A stretch of 62,004 nucleotides of DNA, counting the filler, from Sphacelaria rigidula (Eukaryota): assembly GCA_964200075.2 (NCBI GenBank). It is 4 parts of 4 records of this genome, joined end to end, with 100 filler letters (N's around TTAATTAATTAA, not from the genome) between each part and the next. Parts side by side here need not be neighbours in the genome. Positions count along the whole stretch, not along the records: positions 15,528 to 30,953 come from CAXNAA020001753.1; positions 31,054 to 46,479 come from CAXNAA020001754.1; 2 more parts are not named here. One strand, 5' to 3'. The notes under the pieces are model-generated. The model searched no databases. It was not told where the DNA came from and was given only the letters and a program-made list of their open reading frames with translations. The position numbers were made by a program, and so were the translations under genes. How positions within the stretch are numbered: position 1 is the first letter of the stretch; each line of letters starts with the position of its first letter. Below, piece by piece: positions 24,726 through 37,420 of the stretch.

Positions 24726-26013
24726 TCCCCCGGAGGGCGGTACAGAATGATTCAAAATAAACACGAATAACATGACCCGTCCCGGGATAGTCCAAGGAAT
24801 CCATGTACAAAGTTTGGTGGAGAAGCTCGAGAATCTCATACAGTTTTTCTTGCCTTGACGTGAAATTCACCCCAAAAAGACGTTTTCATACTAAAATCAA
24901 ATGGCTGAGCGTTTGCACGTTTTAAGCTCACATCCTCGCACAAACGCGCAAACCTTCACGCAGTTATTAGGAGTTAGACCCTGAAACTTTGCACAAACGT
25001 GCTATGAATCATGACGCAAGTTTCAACCACCGGGGTTTTTCTACTTCTCGAATTTTTTACCGTTTTTCGGGGGTCCGACGGAATTCAAGTCGTTTTTTTC
25101 GAAGTCGTCCACTCTAGGACCTCGGAAAACCAGCACTACGATTTTTTTCCCATTTCCTTCGCAGACACCCTGTAGCTGCAAAACCCAAGGAAGAGCCCGA
25201 TAAAGTTTCGTGGCCAAACTCGATAAACTGATACTTGAATATCCATGTTCGTCAAAGAAGGCCGAAAAAACGCTGTCTTTATACTATAGTCTAGTAGTGT
25301 GCGGTTTCACCGCGGCACGGCAAGGTTCATCGCTCAAACGCGAGAAATTCCACGCTGTTTCAAGGAGTTAGATCCTCAATTTTTGCACAGGTGTTCCATG
25401 GATAAATACTTCACTTTGGATTATTCGATTTTTTTCGGTTTCATCGTTTCACGGGGGTCAGAATGGATCGAAGTATCCCCGAAGAAACTGGAACCCCCGA
25501 AAAATGGTCGAAGGAGTAAAAAAGTGAAAAGAAAAAGCCTCGACCTTGGAAAGTTGCTCAATGACCCATAGAACACGTGTGCAAAATTTCAGGGTCCAAC
25601 TCCTTCAAACGGCGTGAAGTTTTGCCGATAAGTGTTCTTTGAGTCTTTCCCGTGAACCAGCCTGTAGTATTTCAGCTTTTGCGGATATACGCTGTGGGAG
25701 CCTGCCACTTCAATTTCAACGTCATGCAGCACTTGAACCACAATACGCATTTTTCTGGCGAATGCACAAGGATGTTTTTGCAATGCCAGATATCGCCTTC
25801 ACGCGACAGCAGCTTGGGCCTATGCTGGGGAACATAGTAGATGCAAATACCCGCTGCTCTTTACTTCACCTGCTGTCCCCACCACTATCCCCGACCCGAA
25901 CACTTGCAGCACACTTTGGACAGTATAATACTCAATAGATAACGTTATAACAGGAGTGTCGATCACCCGTGCCTTCGCACGCACACAACCCATGGTCATG
26001 ACGTGGATTCCAG

Positions 26014-26183
26014 GGTTGGCTGGGGAACAAGGGAGCGACGGCGATTCGGATGGAGGTGGCGGGCTCGACTTCGATGTGCTTTGTTTGCGTACATATGACG
26101 GCACACCGCGAGAATTTGGAGGGAAGAAATGCGGAGTACAAGCTCATCGCGTCGAGGCCTGTGTTTGCCGAAACCAACGGCAG
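26014..26183 (+). CDS. Inositol polyphosphate 5-phosphatase, GNKG exon
   Basis: ccag|GWLGNKGATAIRMEVAGSTSMCFVCVHMTAHRENLEGRNAEYKLI...|gtaggg. GNKG and CFVxxHxxA...RN motifs. This frame is absent from the ORF track. Confidence 0.92.
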
Positions 26184-26849
26184 GTAGGGGCCCGCTCCGT
26201 CTTATTCTCCTTCTTCTCCTTCTCCTTCTCAAGTGAACCGATCCCCCCAGTCCGATTCGACGACACGATCGTGCACGCCTGAGGTGATGATGGTGATGCG
26301 GAGCTCAGGACCCTAGTCGCAGTTACGGGCAAACGCGCCTTGTTCGTACCTTGAGGGCACCGTTAACAAGCTCGTACGGAAGGGCTGAACCGCACGCATG
26401 CTCCCTTCTGGATCTAGTCGATGCCGTGAAGCATTGGCGTCATTGCATGGGACGCCGTGTGGTTTTACTCCGTCTGGGTATCCTCCTTGCTTGGCTTGTC
26501 ACCGAGAAAGGCACCATTGATAACATCACCCCGACTTCACCTAACGAGCACCAATATGTTGAAATATCAAACTGTTTGCACAAACACATACTTTCATGTC
26601 GAATTCGTCTTCCACGAAAAACTCAAACGCAAATCGGGAGTAAGAGAGAGCAAACGGACTCTTGTCCCAGTCAAGTATGAGTGAGAATCCATGCCCGAAT
26701 GGCGTGATTCCCAAATAGCGTTGACGGTCATTTCTCCATTTTTTTTCGCTTGTTCCGCACGGCATTTAGTATGAGGCTATGTTGCAGGGGTCGACCATTT
26801 CTGGCTTCATGTCCATATTATTGCATAAAGGGTTTTCTGGTTCTTCTCT

Positions 26850-26864
26850 TTTTCTTTCCTGTCC

Positions 26865-26916
<52 letters not shown>

Positions 26917-26942
26917 TTTTCCTTTTTTTTTCTTTTTTTTTT

Positions 26943-26978
<36 letters not shown>

Positions 26979-27005
26979 CCTCTCCCCCCCCCCTTTTTTT
27001 TTTTC
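26850..27005. repeat. Poly-T/C low-complexity tract
   Basis: Directly visible; may be poorly resolved sequence. Confidence 0.9.
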
Positions 27006-29376
27006 TGTTATTGTGTCCTCTCTCGTTTTATGCACTTTCCTCCATTTCCTCCGTTTGCTTCTCCTGCCTCTCTTTATGTTAACTCCTTTTAGATTGTCCT
27101 TCAATCAGCGCGCTATCTTCGTTTCTTGCTGCTGTTTGGATCCCGGTTTGACCTAGATCGTCACACGCACGTATCTTCGCTCTCTAGGTATTTTGATTGT
27201 TGTCGTCTGAAGTACCTTGCCTGCGACGGCCCCACCAAACCAAAATTTCCCGGAAAGAGGAAAGAAGGGGTATCACTAGCGTTAAGCTAGTGTAAAGCAT
27301 GCTACACGTATCTAGCTCCGCTTCTAAAACTAGATTGAATCGACAGCGCAAAGCAGTTCGCGCCGTGCTAGGTAGCTGATATGCGCGCTACAAACATAGT
27401 ATAACAAACTACTCTATACTACGAGTACAACAGCAGCAGTGATACACAGAGCATAGTTGAGGCAGACTTTAATAGTTGCCCGTTCGGATCTTGATCGACA
27501 ACTGTCATATTTTCTCGCGCATTTGGTTCTTGGTCTAGATCTTGTGCGGAAACTTATTCAACTTGCCAGGAAAGGGACAAGAAGGGCTCCCGGATGTGAA
27601 AGAGCATTCGTCTACTGCGCGTGATCGGCAATACAGACATACAGACGCCTCACAGCGTGCGATAGGAGTCTGTGGTGGGTTCCTTGTAGCTGTTCGAATA
27701 TGGATGGGCAAACTCACCCACGGTGGGATCCCGTTTGGATCGTGATGGTTACAAGCGCATCCCCGTCATCAGTTGTTACTGTTTGGATCTCGTTTGGATC
27801 TTGATTGTCGCAAGCGCGTCATTGCTGCTAATTTTCGCTGGTCGGTCGTCGCTTGCGCGGGAAAGTCAAGGCCAAGGACCACTGTCGTGTCGCGTCCAAC
27901 TTGTTCAGATACAGGCGACGGACAAAAAGGAGTATCAGACGAAGCAATACAGGGGTATTTCCCAGTACTAGTCAAAACGAGGAGGTACACCCCGGTGCCA
28001 AGGGGCAAAAGGGGGCACACCGTTACCCCAAGCGGAAGGCTGCCTCTTACATCGCCAGATTTGTCTTGAGTGCTGCGATATTCGTACAAAAAACATTGTT
28101 GGGATCCCAAGAGGGATAGAGGGTAGGTGACGCAACCCTCCCCGATGTGCTGCTTTCTGGGCACACGTGTTGAGTCCTCTCGCTTGGTGCACCCTCTTTT
28201 GGCTGAAGATTGGGGGTGTACCCCCTCTTTGTTCGTTGTTCCCCAATACTGTAGAAGCTGGGTGATACATCAAAATGTGCAGCAGGCCACGATTTTTCTG
28301 TCGATCGTTGACAAGACAAGCTGCAAACACACACGTTCACCAAGAGTTGTATTGTAACTCATGTGTCAGTCAGCACGCCCGGCGTCCATTGGGAGTACGT
28401 GTTGTGCGTGGGCGCAGGTCTGTATGCGTTGTTTCTGCAAGGGCGCGGAGGGCTAAGTGTCCTCATTTTACTGTACTGCCCCAACCCCCCGAACGGGCAT
28501 CTGTACCGACTGTACTGTACTGACTGTTCTGTAGTGTAGTGCAGTGTACGGTGCCCTGATACACTGTAGTGTAGTACATGCATGAGCTTGGACAGAAAAA
28601 CAGTGCACAAACACATCGCCTGTCCCGAAAACGAATATGTTCCGCAACCGACAATATATGTCAGTTCTTGACGAGGGAAGCTGCAAATGCACCAGCAGGC
28701 ATACAATGTGTTGGTCAACAGGACTTCGGTCTCGATACGTTATATGCAGAGGACCCCCGACGAAGTGAATTTTTTTTTGGTCTGGCTCACGGTGCAAAGT
28801 GCTGCACGGTACAGTGTGCAGGTATGTGCTCGCCATGCGTTAGCCAGAGCTGACGAAAGGACTGAAGAAGTAGTAGCTGAAATTATCCGTAGCTTCTACC
28901 ACGCAACAACCCGCCTCTCACTACGCCGAAAGCTCCGGGTTGCGAACACCCGATAGCTCTGGTTTTATTATTCGGCTGTTGCTAATCTTGTTGCCCAGTT
29001 TGAGCTGAATTTATATCACGTCTTTTTTCTTGTCATTTTCCGCCGGAGAACAAGCTTCCTTTCCCCCACGGAAATTTTTCAACTGCGGGCGCACTCTGTA
29101 TAGCGCACTGCACGGTTTTGCTCTGCGCTATCCTGTTCCGAGATGCCTCACTCATTTGGATCCGCCTATGATGTTACTCAAGTTTCACCTTCAGGGAGAC
29201 TTGGATAAGAGTTGTCCAACCACAGCTTGTTCCGTCATGACCTACCTCACAAACAACCGAACATGTTGGAATATCTAGTTTTAGCTTTAGCTATTTTCCT
29301 CAACCCGAATAATACTAAGCTTTGATTGCGATGTTTGTTATCAGACTCTGTAGACAATTATTTTGCAGTTACGGGG

Positions 29377-29377
<1 letters not shown>

Positions 29378-29420
<43 letters not shown>
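29378..29420. repeat. (AC)n microsatellite
   Basis: Directly visible. Confidence 0.95.
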
Positions 29421-29422
<2 letters not shown>

Positions 29423-29687
29423 TTTCGCGCGAATCACTGTTACGTTGTTCTGATACCGTATTGCAAGGGGGCACGAGACCACAAATGAAATTCTTAGGTC
29501 ATGGTTTTTGTTCCACGTAACCCCCCGCCAAGCGGTTTAGTATTCCTTGCTTAACCTTAACCCTAACCCTAAGCTATGAGCTGTCAGCGTCTCTCATTCG
29601 TCCCTCATCCGTCCCTTTAAGCTCCTCCGTTCTCCCTATTGCTACTTTACGTCCCGCTGTGTGATTGTGTACATTGGCGTCGATCAG

Positions 29688-30019
29688 GTCAAAAATGGAG
29701 AGAGCAGACGATACAGACGCGAAACAGCAGGCGGGCGGGGGATGGGCTGGCTTGTTCGGCGGCGGAGGACAAGCACAAGGGCAGGCACAAGGGGGATTGT
29801 CGCCTTCACGAAATGCAGACGTGAAGAAGGCCATCAGGGCTGCTATGGCTTTCGGACTGCCCAGAGCGACGACGAATAGAGGAGCTGCAGCGAGCCCTGC
29901 TCCTACTGATACTAGCGCGGCCACGAGCGACTCTCTAAGTGCAATGAGTGGTAGCAACACACAGGGCGATGGCGTAGGGGACCCCGCAAGAGAGGGAAGT
30001 GAGCACGGGCGAGGAAAAG
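29688..30019 (+). CDS. Probable 5-phosphatase low-complexity insertion exon (gene runs off contig)
   Basis: tcag|(R)SKMERADDTDAKQQAGGGWAGLFGGG...EHGRGK G|gtgcgc. The phase-2 acceptor matches the donor at 26183. Gly/Ala/Ser-rich. Confidence 0.65.
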
Positions 30020-30953
30020 GTGCGCGATATTTTACAGGCTTAGAATTAGAAGCACTTGTTGTGGTGAGATGAAACAAACGACGTTTGTGGGGCGTGAAGT
30101 GGGAGGAAGTCGTAATTTCTTGCTCGAGAACATTTCGCATATTGTTTGTATTGAACATAAAATCGCAAAGGTGAACGTATTAGCTCAGCCCACGCTTTCG
30201 CAGTGGATTCAGAAAATGCTGAAATGGTGTATCGTTGTACACATGAAGCTATACCTTTTACTTCATGCGTAACGTATTGCGGTGTCCCACAGATGCGCAG
30301 GATTGCATGGTGTTAAGGGTGTCAGCGGTTCGCGTTTGCCTTCGTATGCCATGGACCAGCCCTCGATCTCAGGCAGGCGCTTTTTTTCGTTCTTTTCTTT
30401 CCCCTCCCATGGTCAGGTTACGCTGAACCTGCTGGTTGGCTCGTTGCCTCTTTTTCAACCATTTCCTCCCTTTTCTGCACCTTTTAGGGAGTGCCCTTGT
30501 CCATTTCCCTTGGTACCTCTTGTGTTGTGACAATCGCTGGATTCGTAGGTGAGAAATTATTGGTAATATCGATGTTGACGCTTTTGGGACTGGGCCTCCA
30601 AAACGACCAAGGAGGCTGGTTAGGAATGACGTGTCCTGCATATGCATGAAACAGTGGCTTCATATGGCTAAATATTCACATGTGCACGTAGCCGCAGGCT
30701 TAGATGAAGACCGAGAGTTTCATCCAATCTATTTTCAGGTGCAGGTACAAACTGCCTGTACTATGATTCGGGTGTTGTGCGCATCAGGTATTGTACAGAT
30801 GTATCAAGCAGTATGAGTCGCCGTGGAGAGCTTCCAACAGGATATGGCAACCGCCGCCCGCGACTTGTGGCCTTGGATATTGTCCCCATCACCTTGCCAC
30901 ACAGCCCCTTGTGGTCGGGGTTGGCCGCGATTTACCTATTTGTTGCAAGCGGC

Positions 30954-31053
30954 NNNNNNNNNNNNNNNNNNNNNNNNNNNNNNNNNNNNNNNNNNNNTTA
31001 ATTAATTAANNNNNNNNNNNNNNNNNNNNNNNNNNNNNNNNNNNNNNNNNNNN
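30954..31053. other. Artificial contig-join spacer
   Basis: N44-TTAATTAATTAA-N44. Confidence 0.97.
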
Positions 31054-31345
31054 GTGCTCCGTCTCGAAAGGGATGCGTGGTCAATGGTCAAACGACTAAG
31101 GCAAGCAACACATGAGAACGCCCCCCCCAAAGGCCAAAGGCGACAGGCAGCCGGCGCGCATCAGTACGCTATACACACGCAAGTGCTCACGCGGGGGGCG
31201 AGGTAAACGCACCCTGTCCCCTATCCCCAGACACACAATAATGAGGCTTGAACAAAACAAGCGGGAATCAGTAGCGAGCTATGAATGAATAGTTGAGCAG
31301 TGCCTAGAGGTAGGCCGCTGTGTCTCCGGACCCGCGACGACTCAC

Positions 31346-31430
31346 CGCCCGGAGGCTGCCTCTCTCTGCGTACTCCATGACCAGCGTCAGCTCGGTAGAT
31401 GAGGCAATTGCTCCGTACACCGACACCACC
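31346..31430 (-). CDS. Protein kinase subdomains IV-V exon (gene runs off contig)
   Basis: gcag|(R)VVSVYGAIASSTELTLVMEYAERGSLRA|gtgagt. TKL-type LVMEY..RGSL hinge; phase 2 matches. Confidence 0.9.
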
Positions 31431-32777
31431 CTGCCCGTGGTCGCAGCAACATGGCATACATGGAGAATGACGCCGGCATAGTATGAGAAAGAGGAAGAGG
31501 GGGAAGATCCAGCCGTGCTGTCACAAATAGTTTGCGCGGGCGATCTTCTTTCATCTGCACGCGTTCCGACGGGAACAGGTATTGAGTTGAACGGGATGGG
31601 GGTAGACTATGGAATTGTTCGACGAATTCGAACCCCCCGGTGCGATTGTTAGAGTCCATGTTCTGATGTTGTTGACGAGTAAGTCCTGCAGGCAAAGACT
31701 CGAATGGAAATGCTGTGGTCACCTGATTGTGCAGCTTGGTAAGTGGGATAGGCGTGTAAAAACAAAACATCCCCATGTACGGAGATAACACGGGATGCTA
31801 CATATTGCGGATGGATCTTGTTCCGAGGATAACCTTTGAGAACCTTGAGAAGCTTGGAATTTTTTTCGGAATGAAGTGAAATGCACTCTCCGGTCGTGAT
31901 GTGTGTTGTTGTTGTCTTCACATCAAAAACCGCTCCGACATCTGCGCGGTACATTCGTACTGGACATCTGATCCAGACACCTTCCGTGGTCACAGGCTAG
32001 CTACCTATAATAAGGTATGAGGAAATCAAACAAAAACAAAAAAAAAACAAGATGGAGCTATGTTAAAACTTGCAAAACGCGATACAAGCAAAATAGGGAT
32101 AAATAGTGAAGAAGGAAAATAATACACATGGCTAGCCTCAGAAGATCCGGTGCCGCAGGTGGCCATTCGGACTTCAGGGGGTGGCACCCGGCTTTCCCAT
32201 TCGACGCGCGTGGCCAAGTAGAAATGAACATATGTGTGGCCTCGCTTATCCTCAAAAGAAATCATCCGCTATTTGTAAAATCCAGGGTATATATCGAGCA
32301 ATTTCGACCTTCATTCATTCCCGTACAATCGTTCTTATTCGTCAGAATCCCCCGGAGTTTACAAATGATGAATGACTGTTATTTTACGACGAGCGACGCC
32401 AAACATCACGGCCGGATAATAACAGTGCGTCAGCATTTCGATCTCGAGAAAAATTTGATGCTTATGAACGCTCCCGGTTCATTATCAAAACAAGATCCCC
32501 CCGCAATTTGAGAAACTCCGTGTTGGATCAACATATATTATACATTCTTCTGCTCGATAAGGCTCGACAGTACGATTATCTCGTGGCCAAAGCACCGTTC
32601 AATATTTTCTAGCCCGCCATTCTTTTTTCTTCCACGACAATCTGGGAGTACAGTGCGGTACCTGAGGATGCCATGCGCATAAATTTCACCCGCGCTGTAG
32701 AAGACACAACGAGCCGTCGTCAACCAACAGCTCTACAGCCCAAACTTGGTAATGGGCACATATCAAGCGCTTCGCAG

Positions 32778-32827
32778 TACAGCACAGCACAGCACAGCAC
32801 AGCACAGCACAGCACAGCACAGCACAG
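32778..32827. repeat. (ACAGC)n microsatellite
   Basis: Directly visible, next to a kinase exon donor. Confidence 0.95.
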
Positions 32828-32844
32828 TGCTTGACAGTTCGTAC

Positions 32845-32990
32845 CTCTCACTGTGCATCTGGCTGAGAATATAGAGCTCCTTCACGAAGCGACCAAACAC
32901 GCGGTCCACGTCTTTGTCGCCCAGTCCTAACCGCCGGAGGTTGGTCACCTTGGCCGCCTTCACCACGCCTTCGTGCACGACCTGATACAC
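32845..32990 (-). CDS. Protein kinase subdomains I-III exon
   Basis: gcag|VYQVVHEGVVKAAKVTNL...RFVKELYILSQMHSE(R)|gtacga. Beta-3 Lys and alphaC Glu are present. Confidence 0.88.
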
Positions 32991-33252
32991 CTGCCGAAAG
33001 ACACCAATCGTGTGCAAACAGTACAGTGCACACACCACACAATGACACGATGACACGATTAGGGGCAAGCAGAGCCTGTCGACAATGACGAAATAAACCC
33101 AAACAAACCCACCGCAAATGAAAAAAAGAATGAGTCGATCGGTTCTTAGACACGTCAGCCATCATGACCGTAAGAGGTGATGACAAGCAGGTACAGTACG
33201 ACGAAAGAGGCCCATCAGCGAATTGTTGCAAGGATAAGGAATGAACCTGCTA

Positions 33253-33721
33253 GACCGACGTTCATGGGGACTAATCTGTTTTTGTATAAATATGAGGATT
33301 TCAGCCCGTCTACAGGCGATTGTCTCCCGCGGACTAATTTTTCGGGCCCCAGTGCGCTTGGTAATGTTTTTCGGATAGCTGTGAGAAAATCATATCGATT
33401 ATCCGACTCTATGGACGTTGACTTTTGATACATCACATTTCTGCTCAAATCGGGACACTCCCGCATCTCCCCCAATTTTTTGCCGACTATTTGAAAAAAA
33501 TTGGGGGAGATGCGGGAGTGTCCCGATTTGAGCAGAAATGTGATATACCAAAAGTCAACGTCCAGAGAACTAGAGAATTTATGTGGTTTTCTACAGCTAG
33601 CTGAAAAACATTGCCCAACGGACTGGGGTCCGAAAAATCAACCCACGGGGAAAATCGTCTGTAGACGTGCTGAAACCCTCATATTTGTGTAAATACAGAA
33701 TGGTTCCCAGAAAAGGCGGTC
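33253..33721. mobile_element. Palindromic MITE, probably PIF/Harbinger-like
   Basis: ~230-bp arms centred near 33489; ends gaccg...cggtc; flanks cta/tta. Confidence 0.75.
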
Positions 33722-33760
33722 TTATGATGCATACATGAAGGTGTAATGTCACTTCGCAAG

Positions 33761-34139
33761 TGTGTGTGTACGTGTTGTCACCCCATCTATTTTGGACGCC
33801 AGTCTACAGCTTTCGGTATATGTGGGCGAATCAGCCGGGGTCACACAGGAGGAAGGTCAACACATGAGTTACTTTCTATTTTGTGTTACTGTAGTACTCC
33901 ACCTTCCTCTTGCGGTGCTTGCCTTTCTTTTTTCTCGAGAAGGGTTCAGCAGTCTCTTGCCCTCGTCGACCGCGAAATCGAACTTTGTGTACAGTACCCA
34001 CCACAACGTCGCTCTCCATTGTGGGGCATGATGTGACAAAAACAACCTGAGATGGCGTGACTTCACCGAGTCATCGATACTCGAATCCACGTCCCAACCG
34101 TCACAAGGCTTCGAGGATACCAACTGAGCCACCAACCGG
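33761..34139 (-). mobile_element. tRNA-derived SINE family A
   Basis: Minus-strand head with A box tggctcagttggt and a disrupted B box; body shared with 56539-56890 and 61939-62004. Confidence 0.75.
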
Positions 34140-34729
34140 CAAGCGTGTATGATACGATGTGTGTGTGTGTATATATATATATATAAAGAGCACCAGCTAA
34201 TTTCTGTAACGCTGATGATAAATAAGCCAGCCCACTAGTTCGTGCGCGTTTTGACGTAACATATCATATGTACTCAGTACAACACAGAGAGTTCACCTGT
34301 CAGTACCATGAGCTATATATACAACATGGTCGCCACACCTTTTGCAAGCATACACACCAGACATCTTGAAAACCTCACGCCTACTTCAATACGACTTCTT
34401 TTAAGATCCGAAAATCGCGAGTGACATACCACCACAACAGTCCCAAAATAAGTCATCCGGGAATCCGAGGCAACAGCAAACATGCGCCACCAGCCACACG
34501 ATAACCAAGAACTCCAAGAACGTTATGAACGTTGTGGGTGTAGCGTGACGATCGACTACATGACCCGGACCAACCCCGACTCGGGTCCTCACAAACCCCC
34601 ATACTACTGAGTGGTTTTTGTCCACGAAATCCAATAAGCGAAAGCGGGGACAGCCGTGGATGAAGACAGAAACGCTATCTAAACACGAAAAGAAAGAGTG
34701 GATCAGAACAAAAACACAGCAGCACGAAC

Positions 34730-34834
34730 CTGAGAATGCGAGCCAGAGGCAAACGGTCGCTCGCTGGGGAATGTTATGGCATTCTTCGAGATCTGCATCT
34801 TGTCTAGCTGCGCCTTGCCCAGCTCTCGCAGCGT
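34730..34834 (-). CDS. MLKL-like kinase, exon entering kinase domain
   Basis: acag|TLRELGKAQLDKMQISKNAITFPSERPFASGSHSQ|gttcgt. Degenerate glycine-rich loop. Confidence 0.82.
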
Positions 34835-35767
34835 CTGTCGAACGTTTACGCCGATGCGTGGCGAATAGCAGCATTGCAACGAACACACGTGATAAAAGCA
34901 ATGCAATGACCGTCGTGAAAGTTTGACGTAACATAACGAGATGCCTGGCATGCAGAAAACGCAAAATTTATATGTCACGCAACGACAACAAAACTCGTTC
35001 CAGAGGATTTGGAGATAGGGCTTATACAGCGAATACGTGTCCGGTAACAACAGCAGGAAACCGAAAGCGATGGCTAGGCAGCGGGGGTCGAGTAGGCCTT
35101 CGAGACGAGCGGACCCATTCCCTTTGTGGAAAGAAAATTGGCCGTTGTGCGTATCAGCACTCCGCGGGGATGTCAATATATGTGGCCACGGTAGCAGTCC
35201 GTTGCAGCCTTGGGCATACGCCAGCACGTCGCCATGCAATTTGTTTCCCAAGAAAGCAAATGAAATGAAACATCCAGCGAACAAGCAACGACGTAATCAT
35301 TTACACCATCTCAGCGCCTCAACTACTCAATACTTGACAGAAACAACGGCAGAAAAAAGTGACAAGACAGCGACAACAACAACAACAAAACAACAACAAC
35401 AACAACAAGCAACCAGCAACCAAGACATAGGTGGTGAACGACTGGCTCTTTGGTCGATCTATCGATTGATTGAAAATCAAGCCAGATCATACTGTACACA
35501 TCATGTTCGATTTCAAACACCGTGTATGACTCGCAGTTGCTCTTCCTCCCGCAAAAGCGAAAGAGCCACATGGTCGCCATGCATAAAAAGACATGGTTCA
35601 CGTGCCTTGGTGTTAACTTCTGAAGACGCTACTGAGCCACTGCTTCCGCTCCTCGTCACTATAAACTGCCCAAGAGCCTGTGGATATAAGAACGAACGAC
35701 AGACAACACACAAAAACGCCTTCCTTCATCGACCACATCCACAATCAATTTATACGCAGTTTTCTGG

Positions 35768-35870
35768 ACGGGGGGGGGTACTCAAGATCATGCATGTCAT
35801 AGTCATAGAATCATCGACCTCGCATCCCGACAAAGCCGGGACGGAGCACGCCGGTTTTCGCCACACCAGG
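35768..35870. repeat. Dispersed repeat family C
   Basis: gtactca.gatc.tgcatg...gacctcgcatccc..caaagccgggacgga recurs at 49125-49232 (inverted) and ~50745-50845; 46200-46385 matches ~50590-50740. Confidence 0.75.
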
Positions 35871-37155
35871 CTCGGACTCAATCACCAAACGCGCAGCGCC
35901 GTGATGTGTTCGGCGAGTGGCATAAAGGGTGACCTGCATCCTGCTAAGATTGTTCGGCACGAAGCGCACTGCTTCTCTTGCATTTTGATGACAGCCTACA
36001 ATGAGCTGCTTCATATACTGGTATCGCCACTTCCAGAGGACAGGGGGGAGGGAAGGGGGGTTTAGGTCGGCGGGTATACTGCTGTGCCAAGGATCTTGGA
36101 AGGTGAAAAATAAAAGTTTTTTGTGTTGGTTTCAAATTTGACCAACAGAGTAATAGTGATATGCAGAACATCAACCGTGCCGCACGAGACAGTGGCTTGC
36201 ACCCCGTTTCTTCCGTGACTCTCGTAACTGTCCCTATTCCCAGAACGGGGAGGGGAAGAGGCGACAAAAAAAACTGAAGATTACGGTCCCTGCTGCGATC
36301 TCGTCGTATTCCTGCCATGAGGATTGCAAAGCTGTTTTTCCGAAACAACATAGCTCTACTGGTACCGTATAGCACATCTAAATCGTGCTGGCGTCGGCTG
36401 TGCGGTGCGGTGGCTAGTGGCTCCTTTCAGATCACTCGGGAACGTGACACTGCCCTGTGGACGCAACACGTAACACAGTGGACTTCCGTTTTCGGAATGT
36501 ACTGCACGCGCTTCTGCCGGGGGGCACATAGAGCACAGCCAAGTGTTGGCTACTGCACCTAGTCACTTCCGCGGTGATGTGATGATAGTCCTGAGTGATG
36601 CTACGGTAGGGGTGCACAAATATTTTCTGAGGTTAGAATTGTCAGGAGCCCTTCTTCTCATCCAAAACACGACTTAGGAAATATGTGAGAGTACGCCAGG
36701 ATTACTTCTTCAATGTGCTAGGGATATCCCGGATGACTTTGCAAACGGAGATGCCTTGATTCAAATTCTTGTGCATCTAGAATCGTTAGGAGCCTCTGAA
36801 CCAGGCAAGATTTCGCGCAAAAAGTGCACCCCGACCGTAGCATTGCTCTCCTATGCGTTTCCTTCCTCGTAATTTCAGAACTTGCGCCTGAGATCTTGTA
36901 CACAGGCTACCCTATTCCGCAAACGATATGTTTCACCAAGATAACGCAATGATTGCGCTCGTGCTAGCGTAGCCAACCAATTTTCCCCGCCTTCACTTCG
37001 TCGTGAGCCGATTTGAAGAACCACCAGCACCGTATTTGAAAACTTCTCTACTACCGGGAAAAGTGACGGCAACGCGGTCACTTCGGGACAAAAAAATGCC
37101 CCAATGCGTCGACACAGCACTGCAATTTGATTTTCTGGGGAGAACTCGAAGTTAC

Positions 37156-37320
37156 CTCTGCTATGCTCTCGTTGTACAAGGCTAGACGCGTCTCTAAGGC
37201 GGCCGTTTGCTTTTCCTGCTTCTGCAAGTGCTCGATAATCATGTCCAGCTTTTCATCCACGACCAGGCCTGCATCTTGCAAGTTCCCCACCATCGACATC
37301 AGCTCCGCGCCTTGCCCGAC
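37156..37320 (-). CDS. MLKL-like kinase, coiled-coil/brace exon
   Basis: acag|VGQGAELMSMVGNLQDAGLVVDEKLDMIIEHLQKQEKQTAALETRLALYNESIAE|gtaact, phase 0/0. Confidence 0.8.
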
Positions 37321-37345
37321 CTGTATGTATGTACGTATGAATAAA

Positions 37346-37367
37346 TGTGTGTGCATGTGTGTGTGTG

Positions 37368-37416
<49 letters not shown>
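37346..37416. repeat. (GT)n microsatellite
   Basis: Directly visible, next to an exon acceptor. Confidence 0.95.

Positions 37417-37420
<4 letters not shown>

Noticed and set aside
26750-27156. Poly-Lys/poly-Phe ORFs
   Set aside because: These are translations of a poly-T tract.
27539-27600. Extra 5-phosphatase exon after tag at 27538
   Set aside because: The phase-compatible frame hits TGA after 20 codons and has no strong donor.
35037-36065. 342-aa ORF as a gene
   Set aside because: It is antisense within a kinase intron, crosses a CAA microsatellite and repeat family C, and shows no recognisable domain.
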